Shown here one piece after another: positions 47,233-57,202 of a DNA stretch of 64,000 bases. The DNA comes from a virus (lineage: Duplodnaviria > Heunggongvirae > Uroviricota > Caudoviricetes). The position numbers and the translations under genes are program-made. The first letter of the stretch is position 1. Each line of letters opens with the position of its first letter. The notes beneath the pieces are model-generated. The model made no database searches. It saw only the letters and a program-made list of their open reading frames with translations, and was not told the DNA's origin. The stretch is taken from IMG/VR virus record IMGVR_UViG_3300043399_000676; one strand, given 5' to 3'.

Positions 47233-47439
47233 ATGACCGATCTGATAGGAAAAACGTACACGTTTGATGATGGCAGTGAGCTTTCCGTCCTTCAGATAAA
47301 ATCAAAGGAAATCGACAACGAAACGGTTCAACTAGTCACTTACACACAACGGCAAGGACCAAGTCTCCCTAGGAAGTTTGTTCTACCACTTGAGACGTTT
47401 TTAACTCAATTCGGGCACCTGTTTGATGTAAAATCTTGA
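47233..47439 (+). CDS. hypothetical protein
   Basis: Abuts the upstream ORF. Confidence 0.6.
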   Translation: MTDLIGKTYTFDDGSELSVLQIKSKEIDNETVQLVTYTQRQGPSLPRKFVLPLETFLTQFGHLFDVKS

Positions 47440-47476
47440 TTTCCGATAAATATCTAAACACAAGGGAGGTGTTGTT

Positions 47477-47707
47477 GTGTTTAGATATATTTCTTGGAAA
47501 TGGAAAAACAGTAGAAGGTGGGAGCGTAGAAATATCCTATGGACTGCACTCTTCATTATAACACTTCCACTACATTCAATGCTATTGTCTGTCATTGCAG
47601 GAGGATTATTAATAGTAGACGCTATATTTTCAGCCTGCGTTGACTCTTATTATAACTATAAACGTTCTATCAATTCTAGTGTATCTTGGAAAAGGCGGGA
47701 TATGTAA
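47477..47707 (+). CDS. small membrane protein
   Basis: GGAGGT SD, ATAAATA upstream, hydrophobic core. Confidence 0.5.
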   Translation: MFRYISWKWKNSRRWERRNILWTALFIITLPLHSMLLSVIAGGLLIVDAIFSACVDSYYNYKRSINSSVSWKRRDM

Positions 47708-47733
47708 AATTTGAGTAGGTCGGCGATAAATAT

Positions 47734-49149
47734 TTGATGCTTAAAATAAATCTCTCAAATTTCACTTTATTCGTCGCACTTGCTTTAAGTACTGTCGCAG
47801 CCTATTACAGTATAATAGGCTTAACCGCAATATTTGCCGGTGCTGTGATTCCCATCATCATAATGGGTTCTATCTTAGAAGTTACTAAGATAACAACTTC
47901 AGTGTGGTTAAGAAAGTATTGGGAAAGGTGCAGCTGGAAACTAAAGGCATACTTGATCCCAGCCGTAGTAGCAATTGCGATCTTAACTAGCATGGGTATA
48001 TTTGGATTCCTAAGTAAGGCACACATGGAACAAGGTGCCCCTATAGGAGATATTGCAGCCAAAGTTGCCTTGTTTGATGAAAAAATAAAAACTCAAAAAG
48101 ACACAGTTGACTCTGCAAGAGCAGCACTCGCTCAAATGGATGCCCAAGTAAACAACGTAATGTCTAAAGGGGATTCAGAACGATCAGTCGAAAGAAGTGT
48201 TCAAATTAGAAGGCAGCAAGCAAAAGAAAGAGCGCAACTACAAGCTGAGATTGAACGGGCAAATGCGGAAATTGCTAAACTAAATGAAGAAAGGGCACCG
48301 ATCGCATCTGAACTAAGAAAAGTAGAACTTGAAGTTGGTCCAGTAAAGTATATTGCCGCATTGATATATGGGGACAATATTGACCAAAATCTGTTAGAAA
48401 AATCAGTCAGATGGGTCATTATTCTTCTAGTTCTAGTATTTGATCCTCTTGCAATCTCACTTGTGTTAGCAGCGAACCAAAGTAAAGAATGGGACAAAGA
48501 AGACTCATCCAAGAATTTACTCGACAAAGTTGAACCTACCGAACAACCAATACATGTTGCAGACAAAAAAGTCGAAGACAACTATTCAATTATACCGAAT
48601 CAGCCGGTTGAACCACTTACCGAATATAAACAAGAACCTGAACTGCCAAAAGAAAAAGAGTTCAGTCTCTCTGACTACCCATATCTCAGCAAACCTTGGG
48701 TAAAATTTCCCAGTAGGCCTGAACCTATTTTTAGGGAAAACAAAGAAGAGCTATTCGATACAGGGAGTGATATAATACAAGCAGAGGATCACTCTGACAA
48801 CGTAACAAAGGAAGTGGTTATTGAAACTGAGGGTGTAACAGAAAAACTTTGCCATATTTTACCGGAATCTGATTACGTTGAACGGAACGGAAAACAAATG
48901 CATAAGCAAGTTTTCGTAAGTATGTTCCCTGAGTTAAAACTAAATGCTGAAGATTTGGGATCCCCGAGAGCAGACTTTGGAACTAAGTTTCCTGAGTTTG
49001 CATTCGAAGGAGACATATTCGTAAGAGTAGATACGATGCCAAATAAGATTTTTAGGTTCAACGGAAAATCTTGGATAGAAGTAGATAAAGAAAGTGACTT
49101 AACAGAAATAGAAAAAAACTTGATGGGCGCAAGAGAAACTAAAAAATAG
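47734..49149 (+). CDS. membrane protein with long coiled coil
   Basis: Three N-terminal TM segments, coiled coil, TM (VFDPLA), acidic tail; late promoter. Confidence 0.7.
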   Translation: MMLKINLSNFTLFVALALSTVAAYYSIIGLTAIFAGAVIPIIIMGSILEVTKITTSVWLRKYWERCSWKLKAYLIPAVVAIAILTSMGIFGFLSKAHMEQGAPIGDIAAKVALFDEKIKTQKDTVDSARAALAQMDAQVNNVMSKGDSERSVERSVQIRRQQAKERAQLQAEIERANAEIAKLNEERAPIASELRKVELEVGPVKYIAALIYGDNIDQNLLEKSVRWVIILLVLVFDPLAISLVLAANQSKEWDKEDSSKNLLDKVEPTEQPIHVADKKVEDNYSIIPNQPVEPLTEYKQEPELPKEKEFSLSDYPYLSKPWVKFPSRPEPIFRENKEELFDTGSDIIQAEDHSDNVTKEVVIETEGVTEKLCHILPESDYVERNGKQMHKQVFVSMFPELKLNAEDLGSPRADFGTKFPEFAFEGDIFVRVDTMPNKIFRFNGKSWIEVDKESDLTEIEKNLMGARETKK

Positions 49150-49200
49150 ACTAATACTAACTAAACGTAAAGTCTAAATAATTTAATAAGGATTTTCGCT

Positions 49201-49485
49201 ATGTCTAAAGCTGCATGTGAAGTAAGAATCGAAGATGAATTTGAAGATTGGCAATATGAAAAAAGCGGAAACCAATCACAAACCTTTATAGAAAATGAAA
49301 TCTTTCCTAAACTAGAAGCATTTGACTTTGATAACAAAGATGAAAATTATGTCAAAGGCACTGCTCACTTTGTACTGTTTATGGAACTATTGCCAAAGTT
49401 AGGTCAATTAGGTTACACAGTGGAAGACCTGACAGAGTACATTCAGGACCTTATAGAAACAGGGAATAACATAGTCTTACATTAA
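49201..49485 (+). CDS. hypothetical protein
   Basis: TAAATA and TAAGGA upstream. Confidence 0.6.
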   Translation: MSKAACEVRIEDEFEDWQYEKSGNQSQTFIENEIFPKLEAFDFDNKDENYVKGTAHFVLFMELLPKLGQLGYTVEDLTEYIQDLIETGNNIVLH

Positions 49486-49486
49486 A

Positions 49487-49942
49487 GTGCAAGTTGCGTT
49501 CTTCTACCAGAACAATCAACATAGCTACAAAAAGGAAATAGTGATTTCTGCGCTATGCAATGCTATTTCCACGTTCTTAGAATTACCTGACAAAATAGAT
49601 GTGTGTCTGTATCCTTTGAACAATGCGTACGGGGGTATTGACATCATACACGCAAACAGAATAGGAATTGATTTTGCGTTAACCTATGAAGAGCTGCCTA
49701 TCGTCTTGGCACATGAATTAATACATGTACATCAAAGAAAGACAGGAAAATTAAAAATAACACCATCTGGTAAATATTTTTGGAACAAAGTTTACTACAC
49801 AGACTCATTGCCCGATAAGTTAACTTTTGAGGAATACAAAAAGCTTCCATGGGAAGCAGAAGCATATGATACTCAAAAGGAAGTACTTTCGAAGGCAATT
49901 CAGATATTGTCATCTAAACACAACAAACAACATAACGAATGA
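49487..49942 (+). CDS. zincin metallopeptidase-like protein
   Basis: LAHELIHVHQ..PWEAEAY. Confidence 0.7.
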   Translation: MQVAFFYQNNQHSYKKEIVISALCNAISTFLELPDKIDVCLYPLNNAYGGIDIIHANRIGIDFALTYEELPIVLAHELIHVHQRKTGKLKITPSGKYFWNKVYYTDSLPDKLTFEEYKKLPWEAEAYDTQKEVLSKAIQILSSKHNKQHNE

Positions 49943-50244
49943 GCGTAAAGCACGAAATTACCGCTACGGTGTATGACAAGAAAGGTCGTATTCTGAGCGT
50001 AGGCAGGAACTCCTATACCAAAACTCACCCTTATCAAGCTGAAATGGCCAAAGCAGTAGGTCAGCCCGAAAAGCAATTTCTACACGCTGAGATAGATGCA
50101 CTGATCAAGTGCCGTGGAGAGCCCTACAAGATCAAAGTCGAGCGAGTCAATAAGCGAGGACAATTTAAACTAGCCAAACCCTGCCCTGTCTGTGAACTTG
50201 CCATCAAGAAAGCTGGTGTCAGGTTCGTGGAGTACTCGATCTAA
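49939..50244 (+). CDS. Zn-dependent cytidine/nucleotide deaminase-like protein
   Basis: LHAEIDAL..KPCPVC. Confidence 0.8.
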   Translation: MSVKHEITATVYDKKGRILSVGRNSYTKTHPYQAEMAKAVGQPEKQFLHAEIDALIKCRGEPYKIKVERVNKRGQFKLAKPCPVCELAIKKAGVRFVEYSI

Positions 50245-50292
50245 GAGTGTTGTTTTTATACAACACCTATTAATATAATTGGATCGATAGGA

Positions 50293-50321
50293 TTGACAAT
50301 AAAAGATTTTGGTGCTACAAT
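50293..50321 (+). promoter_or_regulatory. sigma70 early promoter (repeat of 50540)
   Basis: TTGACAATAAAAGATTTTGGTGCTACAAT. Confidence 0.8.
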
Positions 50322-50327
50322 ACTTGT

Positions 50328-50543
50328 ATGCTGAATAAAATTTTGAAGTGGTCGGGAATGTTCTCCGTCGTTTTGGGTGCTCTTTTTACGAGCCTCAGGA
50401 TCGATCCTGCGAACATTTGGTTGCTCAATTTGGGAGCGGGACTCTATTTGGTCTGGGCGTTGCGTATCAAAGAGTGGAATTTGGTGATCGTGAACGCGGT
50501 TTTGCTCGGAATTTATGCAGTTGGCCTGTTCGTAAAGGCTTGA
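50328..50543 (+). CDS. small membrane protein
   Basis: Three hydrophobic helices; ATG directly after the -10 element. Confidence 0.6.
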   Translation: MLNKILKWSGMFSVVLGALFTSLRIDPANIWLLNLGAGLYLVWALRIKEWNLVIVNAVLLGIYAVGLFVKA

Positions 50544-50568
50544 CAATAAAAGATTTTGGTGCTATAAT
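50540..50568 (+). promoter_or_regulatory. sigma70 early promoter
   Basis: TTGACAATAAAAGATTTTGGTGCTATAAT. Confidence 0.85.
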
Positions 50569-50598
50569 ACGTTTATAGTGAATCAAACGGAGCAACTG

Positions 50599-50784
50599 AT
50601 GTTCAACGACAATCAACTGGAACAACTTGAAGCTATCAGCGACCTGGCTGACATTTGTGCTTCCCTCCCCAAGCAGGATAACATCTTTGCGGGCAAGATG
50701 ATCCGCGCGTTTGACTACTACGGTAAGCTCACCGACAAGCAAATGGCTGTCGTTCAGGATATCCTGAAGAGGAATGCAGCCTAA
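50599..50784 (+). CDS. hypothetical early protein
   Basis: GGAG SD; GKLTDKQ. Confidence 0.6.
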   Translation: MFNDNQLEQLEAISDLADICASLPKQDNIFAGKMIRAFDYYGKLTDKQMAVVQDILKRNAA

Positions 50785-50793
50785 CGAAAACGG

Positions 50794-50822
50794 TTGACAA
50801 TTAATAGATTCGGTGTTATAAT
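50794..50822 (+). promoter_or_regulatory. sigma70 early promoter
   Basis: CGG-TTGACA-17-TATAAT. Confidence 0.85.
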
Positions 50823-50852
50823 ATGGGTATAGTAAGACATCGGAAGCAAGAC

Positions 50853-51170
50853 ATGACCCGCAAAGTTCGCAGCGACCGCACGCATATCATCTACGTTATC
50901 ACTAACGTGCTGACGGAAGAACAGTACATTGGTCTGACTGCAAAGACTGGCACGACGGTCAAGCGTTCGCTTCATCGTCGGATGCAGAAGCACTTGCAAC
51001 GTGCGATGACTGAAGACAAGGGTTGGGGACTTTGTGAGTCTCTTCGATTCTTTGGCCCGGAAGCTTTTACGTATGGTGTCTTGGAGATTCTTCGTGGTAA
51101 GAAGGAAGCTCATGCCCGCGAGACTGAACTGATCAAAGAACTTAACCCTGCACTTAACACGTTCAAGTAA
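50853..51170 (+). CDS. GIY-YIG nuclease (catalytic domain only)
   Basis: IIYVITN..QYIGLT..R..KH, ETELI..LNPALN. Confidence 0.75.
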   Translation: MTRKVRSDRTHIIYVITNVLTEEQYIGLTAKTGTTVKRSLHRRMQKHLQRAMTEDKGWGLCESLRFFGPEAFTYGVLEILRGKKEAHARETELIKELNPALNTFK

Positions 51171-51192
51171 GATAAATAGTTAAAGGAAAATC

Positions 51193-51351
51193 ATGAAGCA
51201 TAAGTTCACCTTTGAAGCCCCTCAAATCAAGCACCGCGCACACCGCGTCCTTTTTGAGGAAAATTCGCCTTTCAAACCGAAGTCGGTTCAGGCGAAAAAC
51301 AAGTACAAGCGTCGCCCGAAAAATAATCGGGATGTTACTTTTTGGTTGTGA
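51193..51351 (+). CDS. ArfA-like small basic protein (52 aa, not in ORF track)
   Basis: ATAAATA and AAGGA upstream; ...VLFEENSPFKPKSVQAKNKYKRRPK. Confidence 0.45.
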   Translation: MKHKFTFEAPQIKHRAHRVLFEENSPFKPKSVQAKNKYKRRPKNNRDVTFWL

Positions 51352-51352
51352 T

Positions 51353-51499
51353 ATGAACACTTACTGGGCATTCGTAAAAACAGGTGTCGGGTCATTTATC
51401 AAAGTGACTATCCAAGCTCCTAATCTATATGCAGCATCCGAAATGCTTAAGGCATTGTACGGAAAACAACTCATTTCTTCCCCCACCCTTCAATCTTGA
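51353..51499 (+). CDS. hypothetical protein (48 aa)
   Basis: MNTYWAFVKTG...; true start of track ORF 51212. Confidence 0.55.
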   Translation: MNTYWAFVKTGVGSFIKVTIQAPNLYAASEMLKALYGKQLISSPTLQS

Positions 51500-51600
51500 A
51501 TTTTGGTAAAATCAATGCTTGACTTTATCTTGCATTGATGTTATCATTATAACTGTGCAAACGCACAATCCTTAACCCTAGCTAACGTAAAGGAAACACA

Positions 51601-52017
51601 ATGGCTAATCAAACTTTCAAAGTCGCAGGTATCACTACTCATGGTGAAGTTACTAAAGTCCGCTTTACTGACGATCTCATTCGCAGGGTAAAGCAATTTA
51701 CGAAAGGGCAAGCTTCTCGGGTCGACCTTATCGAACTTCCGAGCGCAATGTCCAAACTGGATGCACTGAAGTATCTCCAATCTCACGAAATGTTTCAATC
51801 TCCTGACGATCAGGCTGTCATCTCTGACGCTATTGCCGATCGAGAACCTTCTCCCAAGAAAGAAAAGAAAGTCAAAGAGGTGAAGGTTAAAGTCTCTAAA
51901 AAAGAGAAACCCAGCCTTGATGCTATCAAAGCTCGTGGTAAAAAAGCAGATGTAACTGCTGAGGATCTGGTCGCAGTAGCGGCTGAACAATCCGAAGCAG
52001 AACCTGATGCCGTGTAA
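51601..52017 (+). CDS. hypothetical protein with basic C-terminal region
   Basis: AAGGA SD; KVRFTDD..RVK. Confidence 0.7.
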   Translation: MANQTFKVAGITTHGEVTKVRFTDDLIRRVKQFTKGQASRVDLIELPSAMSKLDALKYLQSHEMFQSPDDQAVISDAIADREPSPKKEKKVKEVKVKVSKKEKPSLDAIKARGKKADVTAEDLVAVAAEQSEAEPDAV

Positions 52018-52037
52018 AACAACCTCTCTCAAAATAC

Positions 52038-52065
52038 AAACCGCTCATTTGAGCGGTTTATTTTT
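52038..52065. terminator. terminator between convergent genes, probably bidirectional
   Basis: AAACCGCTC/GAGCGGTTT followed by T-tract. Confidence 0.75.
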
Positions 52066-52067
52066 GG

Positions 52068-53117
52068 TTAAAAAGTGTACCACCTGTTCGCGCCAGCAAA
52101 CGAGAATTCTACTCTAGCATTGCCTGCCATCGGGAATCCACTGTTTATAGGTAGCGCATTTATGTAGTGACTAGTAGGAGGGTAGACACTCAGTACATTA
52201 GCAGAGGTGTTGACTATCTTAACTGAGAATCCTACTCCCTCTGGTGGCATCACCGGAAGTTTTACTCCATTGTTGGTAGCAGAAACAATAGATACGATAT
52301 TTAAATGTTTTGTCAGTTCAAGTGCGGTCGATGCAGTTGTTCCGTTTGCTGTTATTCCTGTTGCTGCACCGTATACTGGAAAATTGATATCTGAGGTTAT
52401 AGTATTGGCGCCTGGTGAAGAAAATATCGCCATTGAATTACTATATAGACCTATTGTAGGTACTGCCATTGATACAGTTACCTCTCCACTCGTACCAGAC
52501 AATACCACCCCAGTGCCTTGTCTAAGCCTGGTTACCCCTGTATTAGTGATCACTATATTTCCAGATGAGGTGACTGGACTTCCCTCAACTGCAATTCCAG
52601 CGCCGCCGGACACTTGGATCGATGTCACTGTACCTACTGATTCTGTACTAGTTGCAGATAGAATCCTACCATACTTATCAACGACGATAGTAGGTGCCGT
52701 GTAAGTTGCCTCTACTACACCTGTCTCTGGCAAGTTGACATTGATGTTCCCTTCACTGATTACCGGGGATCCAGTGACATTCAAGGTGTTAGAATTGACA
52801 CCTACTTTAGTTACACCTGCAATTATGTTTCCACTAGAATCACCAACCACAGATATAGTCACCGTTCCGTTCGCTTGATCTAGTGAAATTCCACTACCTT
52901 GAACCAATGACAAAACGCCTGTGTTCGTTATCGTGAGAGTATCTCCATTTAAAACTGCGGATATTCCATTTCCACTCTCAAATGAAAATGCAGGATGTGC
53001 GTTAGTAAATAACGTGGTAAAGTTATTGTTAATTTTAGTGAATGCATTGAATAGCGTATCACTGTTTGATGACTGATTAGGTTGCCCTATGCTTATAACT
53101 TGTTGACCGGTGATCAT
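52068..53117 (-). CDS. virion structural / fiber-like protein
   Basis: SDTLFNAFTKINNNF head motif; repeated GV..L..G.GI units; VDKYGRI. Confidence 0.65.
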   Translation of the reverse strand: MITGQQVISIGQPNQSSNSDTLFNAFTKINNNFTTLFTNAHPAFSFESGNGISAVLNGDTLTITNTGVLSLVQGSGISLDQANGTVTISVVGDSSGNIIAGVTKVGVNSNTLNVTGSPVISEGNINVNLPETGVVEATYTAPTIVVDKYGRILSATSTESVGTVTSIQVSGGAGIAVEGSPVTSSGNIVITNTGVTRLRQGTGVVLSGTSGEVTVSMAVPTIGLYSNSMAIFSSPGANTITSDINFPVYGAATGITANGTTASTALELTKHLNIVSIVSATNNGVKLPVMPPEGVGFSVKIVNTSANVLSVYPPTSHYINALPINSGFPMAGNARVEFSFAGANRWYTF

Positions 53118-53144
53118 ATAAAAACCCTTGTATCTTTATTTAGC

Positions 53145-53738
53145 TCAAATACGCAAGGCAGCCTGAATGATCTTCTTATGATCAAACGCCATAGGCAAAG
53201 AAGAAATACTACTAATTGGTATCCATTTTGCCTCACTAGCGTCATCTCCTGCGACTACTGCCTCTTTTGGTATCTGAACAGTAAATGCATAACTCCAAGT
53301 GCTAGACATTCTAGGATCTCGACCGACTTCATCGAACCTGCCAACAAACTTCATTTTCGCATTTACTGTAAGTCCTGTTTCTTCTTGTAGTTCTCGATGT
53401 GCGGCTTCCTCAGGAGACTCACCTGGATCTATGAATCCACCAGGAAGCGCCCAATGTCCTGCAAAAGGATCTTTTTTTCGTTTGATCAATAGAATTTCTC
53501 TTCCAGTAGTAATTACGTTGTCTACTGTAAGCAGAAGCATTCTTAGTGCTTGGTTTCCCTTTATGACAAAGGAATAGTTATAACCAGGAGTTGGTACATC
53601 TTTTATGTTATCGGCTAATTGAATTGCTGATTGATTTTCTAATCTCACCATCCTTGTTTTTGGATCAAAACTAGTAACTTTGAAAGGGCCATCTATCCCC
53701 GGTACTGCATTCTCTACTATAAATTCATACGATCTCAT
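53145..53738 (-). CDS. NUDIX hydrolase (ADP-ribose pyrophosphatase-like)
   Basis: [40 protein letters not shown]. Confidence 0.9.
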   Translation of the reverse strand: MRSYEFIVENAVPGIDGPFKVTSFDPKTRMVRLENQSAIQLADNIKDVPTPGYNYSFVIKGNQALRMLLLTVDNVITTGREILLIKRKKDPFAGHWALPGGFIDPGESPEEAAHRELQEETGLTVNAKMKFVGRFDEVGRDPRMSSTWSYAFTVQIPKEAVVAGDDASEAKWIPISSISSLPMAFDHKKIIQAALRI

Positions 53739-54298
53739 ATATTACCTTTTAGTTTAGGTTTGCCAAATACGGTCTCAGTGATATATACTCCACCTTCAAG
53801 TTGGCGACGATATGTATCAACATCGATCATTTTCAACTTAGGATCTGAGAACAATCGTTTTAGTAAATCTTCATCAGTTACAGGTGCTAAGTTGTTCTTC
53901 TTAAAAATATGTCTCAACGCATCACTTGATTCTATCCACCATCCATCCCTGGATAATAGCTCTGTCATTTTGCTGATTGCCTTGTCTTTGCTTGGTCTTG
54001 CTCCGTCGTGGCCAATTCCTTGTATTTTGTACCCTGTCCAAGATTCGTTAGGACGGCTAATACGATAAAATATAGCAGAGTCAATGTCGGGGTCTTTGTC
54101 CCAGTCAATGACATTCCAGTCGCTTGGAATAACATCCTTCAATGAATTGACAAAACTACCTTGTGGTGTATTTGCGTATGCTGTTTTGACTAAATCGATT
54201 AGCTCATGCCCCGCTTCATGTTTGGCTGATGTAGACACCAACAATTCCCATTTATTCTTTGGAAGTTGTAGTTCTGTTATAAACTCTCTGGCTCTCAT
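53735..54298 (-). CDS. hypothetical protein with capsid-targeting-like N-terminus
   Basis: Start adjusted to MRAREFITE, overlapping the SOD stop. Confidence 0.65.
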   Translation of the reverse strand: MRAREFITELQLPKNKWELLVSTSAKHEAGHELIDLVKTAYANTPQGSFVNSLKDVIPSDWNVIDWDKDPDIDSAIFYRISRPNESWTGYKIQGIGHDGARPSKDKAISKMTELLSRDGWWIESSDALRHIFKKNNLAPVTDEDLLKRLFSDPKLKMIDVDTYRRQLEGGVYITETVFGKPKLKGNI

Positions 54299-54849
54299 AG
54301 GCTCTTTCCCCATCTCGTGTTAACTACGTTCCAGTTCAGTATTTTCCAGTATTCATTGATATATTTTTTCTTGTCTGGTCCGTAGTCAAGAAGGAAGGCG
54401 TGTTCCCAAAGGTCAACTAGAATGAGTATGTCATCCCTAACTTCATGGTTTTTTATCTGCTTTATGTCCCCGCTGTACGAAAGGTAAAGCCATCCAGATC
54501 CTTGAACCTGCATGGCTTCTATTTCAAACTGCTCTTTGAACCCGTCCCAACTCTTAAAGTGCTTCTTAATGAAGCCTTCCATTGGGCCATTGGGCTTGTT
54601 GTTAGTTCTTACTTCACGATACTGAGTGAATAAAAGGTTGTGGAGGAAGGCGCCAGCATAATTGAAATCACTGTCGCCTTCCCCGTCATTGAACCGTTGA
54701 GCATATCGTTTGGCTAGCTTACCATAGTGTAAGTCTAGCGTATCTGAACTCATTACACCTTTAACTTCGTTTTCAGTAAAGTTAAGGTTTATGATTTCTA
54801 TGTCTTGAGACTTTGCTTTGTCCTCAAGTAAGTCTATAAATTCACGCAT
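54295..54849 (-). CDS. sod: Fe/Mn superoxide dismutase
   Basis: LHYGK, FLHNLLF, GSGW, DLWEHA metal-ligand motifs. Confidence 0.85.
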   Translation of the reverse strand: MREFIDLLEDKAKSQDIEIINLNFTENEVKGVMSSDTLDLHYGKLAKRYAQRFNDGEGDSDFNYAGAFLHNLLFTQYREVRTNNKPNGPMEGFIKKHFKSWDGFKEQFEIEAMQVQGSGWLYLSYSGDIKQIKNHEVRDDILILVDLWEHAFLLDYGPDKKKYINEYWKILNWNVVNTRWGKSL

Positions 54850-54879
54850 AATGAGTATTTATCTCATCATGCGTTAACC

Positions 54880-55095
54880 TCATCTTCGTCGGGTGATTCT
54901 GCCCTTGGTCATATCGTATGGACTAAACTCTACTTCAACTGTATCGCCTAATAGTATCTTGATATCATGCTGTCGCATTTTACCTGAAATATATCCAATC
55001 ACCGTTGATCCAGTATCAAGTGTGACACGAAACATTGCATTGGGTAAAACGTCGATAACTTTACCATCAACTTTGATACCTTCTTCCTTAGCCAT
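54880..55095 (-). CDS. infA: translation initiation factor IF-1
   Basis: [40 protein letters not shown]. Confidence 0.95.
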   Translation of the reverse strand: MAKEEGIKVDGKVIDVLPNAMFRVTLDTGSTVIGYISGKMRQHDIKILLGDTVEVEFSPYDMTKGRITRRR

Positions 55096-55107
55096 TATAA
55101 ATCCCAG

Positions 55108-55515
55108 TCATTTTTGTAGAGCCTTCCATATTTTTTCCTTTTCTAAAATTTCTTTCTCTAACTCTTGGTACTGCTTTCTTAGATTTCTCAAGTCTTCCCA
55201 CCTAGACTCAAGTTCTTCGTTGGGGGTTAGAATGCCCAATCGTTCTTCGATCTTTTCAAGGGTTTCCATTATGGATTTCCCTTTGATACTTACATCTCCA
55301 TTGAATATAGAATCCCCATTAACTGTCAAGGGAGACCTATCCCATGTGGTATCTGAATAGATAGAGAAATTACCAGTATTAGATAACGTTGTGTCAGTTA
55401 TGGACCATGTCCCGGTACTCAAACTCGTATTTAGTATACTTATTGAATCCATGTCGTCCGCAAGATCGTCTGAAAAATCTAAGTCTAGATACAATTGATC
55501 ATCTTCATCATTCAT
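55108..55515 (-). CDS. hypothetical protein
   Basis: IEERLGILTPN..LE..W..L. Confidence 0.65.
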   Translation of the reverse strand: MNDEDDQLYLDLDFSDDLADDMDSISILNTSLSTGTWSITDTTLSNTGNFSIYSDTTWDRSPLTVNGDSIFNGDVSIKGKSIMETLEKIEERLGILTPNEELESRWEDLRNLRKQYQELEKEILEKEKIWKALQK

Positions 55516-55682
55516 TTATCTGTCACCTTAGATAAAATATAACGCCCTTTGTCATCGATGTCAATAGAAATTTCATCTCCTTCTACCCAACCTAGTTGTT
55601 CTAGCAAAATGGGAGGAATAGGTAACAAAAGGTCACCGTTACTGTCTTCTTGTGTTATCACACCATAGGTAGTTTTTTGCAT
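55512..55682 (-). CDS. AbrB/MazE-like small DNA-binding protein (56 aa, not in ORF track)
   Basis: GDLLLPIPPILLEQLGWVEGDEI. Confidence 0.6.
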   Translation of the reverse strand: MQKTTYGVITQEDSNGDLLLPIPPILLEQLGWVEGDEISIDIDDKGRYILSKVTDK

Positions 55683-55727
55683 ATATTGTGCTTTGTTCTT
55701 TTTAGTAGAATCATTAAATACAACACA

Positions 55728-55910
55728 ATGAATTGTAATTTACCCACAAAACTCAAGCGTTGTATAAGGGTGACATTTAAAAAATTTCTTCACCTAATCT
55801 CCGTATGGTTTTTGATGCGAACTGCAATTATCATATGTATAATGATATTTATGATACTTGACTTTGCTAGGGAAAAAGCATTAGAACTTGTTATGAAAAT
55901 TTATCCCTGA
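55728..55910 (+). CDS. possible small membrane protein
   Basis: TAAATA + 7 nt + ATG; one hydrophobic helix; opposite strand to its neighbours. Confidence 0.3.
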   Translation: MNCNLPTKLKRCIRVTFKKFLHLISVWFLMRTAIIICIMIFMILDFAREKALELVMKIYP

Positions 55911-55912
55911 AG

Positions 55913-56110
55913 CTATCGTTTCCAAACTAAAAAAGAAACGTAGTCTTTTTCAGATGCAAATCTAAATTCGTAAGTGCCAGCTTTTTCTCCAGCGTAGTCT
56001 TCTACATTGAACGTCCATTCATTAGCGCAATTATCCTTGCACCATTGCATAACATTTTTAAGATCACCATATTTTATGTCAATCTTAGTATGATATGGTT
56101 TATTCTGCAC
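55913..56110 (-). CDS. hypothetical protein
   Basis: WCKDN..W..YEFRF.SEKDY..F. Confidence 0.6.
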   Translation of the reverse strand: MQNKPYHTKIDIKYGDLKNVMQWCKDNCANEWTFNVEDYAGEKAGTYEFRFASEKDYVSFLVWKR

Positions 56111-56618
56111 GATGAATGACTTCTACATTGCTTTTAGCAAGAAAATCCAAACCCTCAGTACTTCTGTATTGATTACGATAAAAAACACGCTTAATGCCAG
56201 AGGCATGAATTAACTTTGCACATTCAATGCAAGGTGCGTGAGTGCAAAACAAATCTGCATCTTCTCCGGATTCGTGAGATTTTGCCAGCTTTCCAATGGC
56301 GTTTAGTTCAGCGTGGAGAACTTCAGGTTTGGTCTTAAGCCGATATCTAAAAATAGGCGAGTTATCCTCATCTGAATATTCAACCAAAGGATATTCTTCT
56401 TTTGCCCCAGCAAAATAGTTTCCATTCAAATCTTTTGAAAGGCATATTTCTTTCGATTCGCAATTGTTATCCCAACCTGCAGGCATCCCATTATACCCAA
56501 TGCTTATGATTCTGTTATCTTTAACAATTACCGCACCTACTTGCAATCTAACCGCATGACTAAGTTTACTTGTCAACTCTGCGATAGACATATATAGGTT
56601 TATAAACTTTTCTTTCAT
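56100..56618 (-). CDS. dCMP deaminase
   Basis: VGAVIV, GYNG, HAELNAI, THAPCIECAKLI. Confidence 0.9.
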   Translation of the reverse strand: MKEKFINLYMSIAELTSKLSHAVRLQVGAVIVKDNRIISIGYNGMPAGWDNNCESKEICLSKDLNGNYFAGAKEEYPLVEYSDEDNSPIFRYRLKTKPEVLHAELNAIGKLAKSHESGEDADLFCTHAPCIECAKLIHASGIKRVFYRNQYRSTEGLDFLAKSNVEVIHRAE

Positions 56619-56851
56619 AGATCCTTAACATATCCCATTGATTTTATGTGATCTTTTGTAGCTTCTGTAGACAACCCCAAATCCAATATCCCATCCTCAA
56701 TTCCAAATCTTTTCGAAAAGGCAGTTCCAAATTTTTCACCTTTTAGTAAGTTGAAAAGGAAATCTCTACAAAATTCATCGTATTCTGCCCTTGAGATCGT
56801 TTTCTCAACCTTGGGTTTTGATGTTCTTACCATCCAGACAAAGGGGTCCAT
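56615..56851 (-). CDS. hypothetical protein
   Basis: Coupled ORF. Confidence 0.6.
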   Translation of the reverse strand: MDPFVWMVRTSKPKVEKTISRAEYDEFCRDFLFNLLKGEKFGTAFSKRFGIEDGILDLGLSTEATKDHIKSMGYVKDL

Positions 56852-57202
56852 TTAGTTACTCTTTGCTAGATGACTAACGTCTTTGATACAACCGTTCTCA
56901 AACCAAAATAGTTTATCAGAAGGTCCTACGATTCCTGCAATACTTGTTACTTTAGATAACGGTTCTGACAGTTCTTCCATGGTTTTGGCTTGGCAAATGA
57001 ACGTTCCTTCTTTGTTATAAAGAAAGTAGTTATCGTTCATTTGCTCAAGTGTGTAGATTGAAACATCTGATGGATCTTTTTCCGTTTTTTGTTCTAGCTC
57101 TTTGATAAATACATCCTTAAACCTATATACGATGGATAGTTCACCAAGAACCCACCCAATGATAAAAGAAACTACAATACAACCAACTAAGATAATATCC
57201 AT
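56852..57202 (-). CDS. membrane-anchored hypothetical protein
   Basis: N-terminal TM segment. Confidence 0.6.
   Translation of the reverse strand: MDIILVGCIVVSFIIGWVLGELSIVYRFKDVFIKELEQKTEKDPSDVSIYTLEQMNDNYFLYNKEGTFICQAKTMEELSEPLSKVTSIAGIVGPSDKLFWFENGCIKDVSHLAKSN

Noticed and set aside
43981-50570. CRISPR array
   Set aside because: Repeats occur only in pairs, are promoters, and are separated by whole genes
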